IMG/VR virus record: IMGVR_UViG_3300042195_000059
Coordinates: 1-64,000 of that record
Strand: one strand, 5' to 3'
Length of the DNA: 64,000 nucleotides
Source of the DNA: a virus
Part shown: piece after piece, positions 60,784 through 64,000 of the stretch
Layout of the letters: the number at the start of each line of letters is the position of its first letter
How positions within the stretch are numbered: position 1 is the first letter of the stretch
Translations under genes and position numbers: made by a program
Notes under the pieces: generated by a model
What the model was told of the DNA's origin: nothing
The model's database searches: none
The model's input: only the letters and a program-made list of their open reading frames with translations

Positions 60784-60954
60784 ATGATAAGCCGCAAGAC
60801 CGAACAGACCATTCAACTGATCTTTGTCTTAACCATGCTAATCACAGGATCATCTGGGATTGTTGCGCTGTTTCTCGGCGCAATCGGTCCGGCGCTGGGG
60901 CTATTGGTAATCGCCGCCATTTCCTATTACTTTTCCGATCTGGGGGCGGTCTAG
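60784..60954 (+). CDS. Small two-TM protein (56 aa, below cutoff)
   Basis: My translation is MISRKTEQTIQLIFVLTMLITGSSGIVALFLGAIGPALGLLVIAAISYYFSDLGAV. It is linked to 60483-60704 through a 28-codon GTG ORF (60701-60787) with overlapping start and stop codons. Confidence 0.3.
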   Translation: MISRKTEQTIQLIFVLTMLITGSSGIVALFLGAIGPALGLLVIAAISYYFSDLGAV

Positions 60955-63185
60955 TCGTCCTCACCAGAAGCTGCCACGGTGCCTAGTTCGGTGGCCGGAC
61001 GACGACCAACGCGCCGATATTCCCGCATCATCGCCTGATACGAGGCGCGCTCTCCTGCCGTTGTCGCCTCTTCTGACAGTCTGCGAAGCATTGGAAGAAG
61101 CTGGGCCGGGTCCGTTTCGGTCAAAATACGAATGCGCTCCTGCGCAGCACGCTTCCCGATCCTGCGCGTCAGATTATTGGATAGATCTTCCAGAAGCTTT
61201 CCAAATCGTCCAGTTGCAAGATTGGCGGCCGTTCGTGCGCCTTCCATCATTTCGGCCATGTCATCTTGCAACGGAGCCGTTCTTGATCCGCTCAGCACGT
61301 CGCGTGTCGTCTCCGTCGTCCGCCCCTCGCGCTGCAAGCGTTGAAGAAGGCGCTGGCCGCGATCATACACTTGCTGTTGCTGCGTTCTGGTAGGTCCGCG
61401 CCGCGCCGTTGGTTGCGGATATAATTGCTCGACAATCTGTGTGAAACTGTCGGAATTGAACCGATCGGCAACCGCTGTGCCACGCCTCGCCCCTAGGGCT
61501 TCGCTGGCCATTTCCTTCTCGAAGGCCACGCGGGTCAATTCCTGCTGTGTCGGTGTCAGATCGTTGAATTCCCGCAACGCTCTGCGCGTGCGCGGCGTCA
61601 ATCGTTTGCCTATGTCACCCCCGCGATCAAGGATGCGCTGCGTTGTGCGATTTTCCGCAAATCTCTGGTCAGCAGCAAGCAGATCAGGATTGTTTCGGCG
61701 TGCTGCATTATTCAGATCGGTTCGAAGCTGGGTCAGTTCACGCGTCAGCGGTGTGGGGCGGCCATCCTGCATCGAGCGGGAGATCATCTGGTCCAGTTCT
61801 TGGCGACGCTCCAAGTAAGTCGGCACATCATCGATGACATCCATTGCGCGGGTATAGCGCATGCGACCGCGCTGGCCCTCAACCATGCCGCCACGGAAAA
61901 ACATGTCGATCGCATTATTCACCGAATTGTTGATCTCGCCGCCTTGTTGCGGACGCCGCGCACGCCAGCGGCGAATGACGGGAAGGATGCCAACAGGCTG
62001 CGCATTGTCGCGGGCGAGAGTGTAGGCAGCGCGCTCTTCCTGCCTGGCGGTCGTGGTGAGCCGCTGGATCTCATCATCGAAGTTGCGACCCTCCACACCA
62101 GACTGCTCAATAATGTCAGCCACACGCCCTGTCTGTCCTCTCTGACGGCTGATAAGCCGTTCAGCCGCGAGGGGATCGTCGGCAATCGCCATATCCGTGC
62201 GCGCTTGGTTGGAAAGCGGCATCGCATTGCCGGAACCGCGAAGCTCTTTCGCGGCGTCAACAACGTTGATCGGCGTCGGGTTTTGATCCAGATAACGCTG
62301 ATGATATGCTCTAGCCGTGGGGGCTGTCAGCGGACGGCCGCGAGAGGCAAAGTCCGATACGATATCCTCTGCGGCTTCACCGGCCATCTGCCGCGAGATA
62401 ATCTCGGCGATATCATCCTCTGAAAACCCGCGCCCGCGCAAATTGGCGCTGCCCGCAGGCGTGACGAGTTGACGGACATCATCAGGGTTGACGCCTGCTT
62501 CAACCATGCGACCGGCAATATCCTGATAGGCTGCTTGCTCTGGATTCCTGGCGCGCTGTATCTGTTGATTGGCATAGCGGCCAGCTTCACGCGTTCCGCT
62601 TACAAATCGACCGCCAAGGTTCAAGGCATTTGGAGCCGCGAAGCCACCGATAAGCCCTAACCCAGCCTCTGCGACAGGACCAAGCTCTTTCTCACGGGCA
62701 TAGCCGACACCAGTCCCGGCTCCTGTCGTGGAAGCTGCTTCAATTGTCGCCGCCTTTCTGGGATTGCTGGCCATCGTCTGCAACATGCCCGGCGCGCGTG
62801 ACCCCATTTGTGTTCCGGCCTTGAGCATTCCGCCGAATGGAATTGTTGAAGCTCCGGCAACTTCGCCGGTTGCCTGCGCATATCGGCCAGCTTCGGTTTC
62901 AGCCGGGCCGGCAACGTTGGCCCGCTTGGCAAGATCGAGTTGCGGGATGAGTTCGCCTTCGTATCCCATCAGCCGAGCCGCTTCATTGATCGGGACGCGC
63001 ACGGGCGAACCGATCACATTCAGCATATCGTCAATGCCGGTGTTCGCGCCGTACCCGAAGCCCTTGGCCATATCGACAGCAACATCGGGCTGCTCGCCAG
63101 GCTGCCCACCGAGAGCTTGCGCAATATCGTCCTCGGTGAAGTCGTCCGGGAATTCGTGAACACTGCCTTCAAATTCAATGCGCAT
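60951..63185 (-). CDS. Large internal virion protein (744 aa)
   Basis: Long ORF in the late operon. The start overlaps the upstream stop by 1 nt. No recognisable motif. Confidence 0.5.
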   Translation of the reverse strand: MRIEFEGSVHEFPDDFTEDDIAQALGGQPGEQPDVAVDMAKGFGYGANTGIDDMLNVIGSPVRVPINEAARLMGYEGELIPQLDLAKRANVAGPAETEAGRYAQATGEVAGASTIPFGGMLKAGTQMGSRAPGMLQTMASNPRKAATIEAASTTGAGTGVGYAREKELGPVAEAGLGLIGGFAAPNALNLGGRFVSGTREAGRYANQQIQRARNPEQAAYQDIAGRMVEAGVNPDDVRQLVTPAGSANLRGRGFSEDDIAEIISRQMAGEAAEDIVSDFASRGRPLTAPTARAYHQRYLDQNPTPINVVDAAKELRGSGNAMPLSNQARTDMAIADDPLAAERLISRQRGQTGRVADIIEQSGVEGRNFDDEIQRLTTTARQEERAAYTLARDNAQPVGILPVIRRWRARRPQQGGEINNSVNNAIDMFFRGGMVEGQRGRMRYTRAMDVIDDVPTYLERRQELDQMISRSMQDGRPTPLTRELTQLRTDLNNAARRNNPDLLAADQRFAENRTTQRILDRGGDIGKRLTPRTRRALREFNDLTPTQQELTRVAFEKEMASEALGARRGTAVADRFNSDSFTQIVEQLYPQPTARRGPTRTQQQQVYDRGQRLLQRLQREGRTTETTRDVLSGSRTAPLQDDMAEMMEGARTAANLATGRFGKLLEDLSNNLTRRIGKRAAQERIRILTETDPAQLLPMLRRLSEEATTAGERASYQAMMREYRRVGRRPATELGTVAASGEDD

Positions 63186-64000
63186 TATTGAACTCTCCGG
63201 GGCTTGCCGTCAGGACCGCGCTCCCATTTTACCACGCCTCCAGCATCCGTCTTCATCGGATCCAACCCCGCCTTTGTGCGCAAATCATTGTACGATGCCT
63301 GCATCATCTTTTCGAGCGTATCGAGCATTTCAAGATACTGCTCTTTCGACTGAGCTGTCTCAAGGCTGGCAATGGCCTCCTCACCTTTTTTGCCTTCGAA
63401 GTCAGTAACCTGGCCAGCGCCTTTCAAGGCTTCGCGGGCTGTCATGAAGCTTTGGCCCATAGCCTGCCGGTTTTTGACCTGGAAGTCGTAGGAATCACTG
63501 CCAGGGATCCAGCTTCTCGGATCGAATACCGATGATGCGCCTGTCCCGGTATCAAGTCCGGGATGCGTCCTGAGTGACTTTATCGTTGCGAAGGCATTCT
63601 GCATTGTCGTTTCGGCTGCGGGCAACGCCTGTCGTGCCTGCGTCTGGGACTTGCCAAGCTCTCTTTGCCCCGACTCACCTGCAACATCCTTCGGTATCAT
63701 CGGGCCAGTCGGTTGAGCTGTGCGTTTGTTCAACGGTATAACGCCGGTGCCGACATCCTGGAACTGAATGCCAGGGAGCCATTGCGCACCCTCGGGAAGA
63801 TCCACATCCTTGCGTCCACCGCCTTTGCTGAGTTGCGAGACGCGAACGTTGCCTTCGGCATCCTGATAATATTGCGGCGACGTGCCATATTCAGCATCGC
63901 CGGCTGCCTGCTCAGTCCCCGGCACGATCTGCCCCGTGACCGTATCGACAACGCCTTGCTTCGACGGACGATAGCGTCCAACCTTGTTCTGTGGCGTCAT
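63185..64000 (-). CDS. Virion-module protein (possibly truncated by the window edge)
   Basis: The ORF is open to the last base. An ATG sits at 64000-63998, but the frame may continue upstream. Confidence 0.45.
   Translation of the reverse strand: MTPQNKVGRYRPSKQGVVDTVTGQIVPGTEQAAGDAEYGTSPQYYQDAEGNVRVSQLSKGGGRKDVDLPEGAQWLPGIQFQDVGTGVIPLNKRTAQPTGPMIPKDVAGESGQRELGKSQTQARQALPAAETTMQNAFATIKSLRTHPGLDTGTGASSVFDPRSWIPGSDSYDFQVKNRQAMGQSFMTAREALKGAGQVTDFEGKKGEEAIASLETAQSKEQYLEMLDTLEKMMQASYNDLRTKAGLDPMKTDAGGVVKWERGPDGKPRRVQ

Larger units (their letters stand above)
1..64000. mobile_element. Temperate phage / prophage DNA spanning the entire window (lambdoid modular layout)
   Basis: Terminase, portal, scaffold, capsid, fibres, lysis, replication, recombination, CI/Cro-like switch, integrase and a tRNA-fragment att core are all present. 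No housekeeping genes seen. Confidence 0.9.

Overview
The whole 64 kb window is temperate-phage DNA. No housekeeping genes are visible. The host is probably an alphaproteobacterium of the Rhizobiales, inferred from an Omp25/Omp31-type porin gene and the GC-rich coding style.

The layout is lambdoid.
- 1-17730, minus strand: a late operon running TerS, TerL, portal, scaffold, capsid, decoration, tail proteins, an S74-chaperone fibre, and an SLT-motif internal protein that runs off the left edge.
- 17958-35537, minus strand: a long early/middle operon. It holds a Cro-like gene, a PAPS-reductase plus MT-A70 methylase pair, a porin moron, membrane proteins, a replication initiator with internal iterons, a helicase, Prim-Pol and many small ORFs.
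- 35629-36354, plus strand: a CI-like repressor flanked by two near-identical inverted promoter-operator modules.
- 36555-47468, plus strand: a PL-like operon. It holds a Gly-Tyr/Asn/Asp repeat protein, an acyl carrier protein, Gp157-like and RecT genes, an HNH, an NrdR-like zinc ribbon, an Xis-like gene and a tyrosine integrase.
- 47494-47538: a 45-nt 3' fragment of tRNA-Pro(UGG), interpreted as the att core.
- 47667-51302: an accessory cluster including T5orf172 and J-domain proteins.
- 51729-64000, minus strand: the distal end of a late operon, with an endolysin, overlapped spanins, a collagen-like fibre, a GT4/FkbM pair, another fibre and large internal virion proteins.

The most unusual observations are these.
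- A type I-C-like CRISPR repeat pair with one 34-nt spacer sits inside the early operon, with no cas genes in the window.
- Two separate glycosyltransferase/methyltransferase islets lie inside the virion modules.
- A 40-unit hexanucleotide repeat gene is followed by a strong terminator.
- A reverse-strand moron cassette has a three-element RBS-sequestering motif.
- The integrase-att junction is followed by more phage DNA, which suggests either an unintegrated attP form or tandem prophages.

All domain calls come from motif recognition by eye; no searches were run. Many long ORFs antisense to the called genes are treated as GC-driven shadow ORFs.
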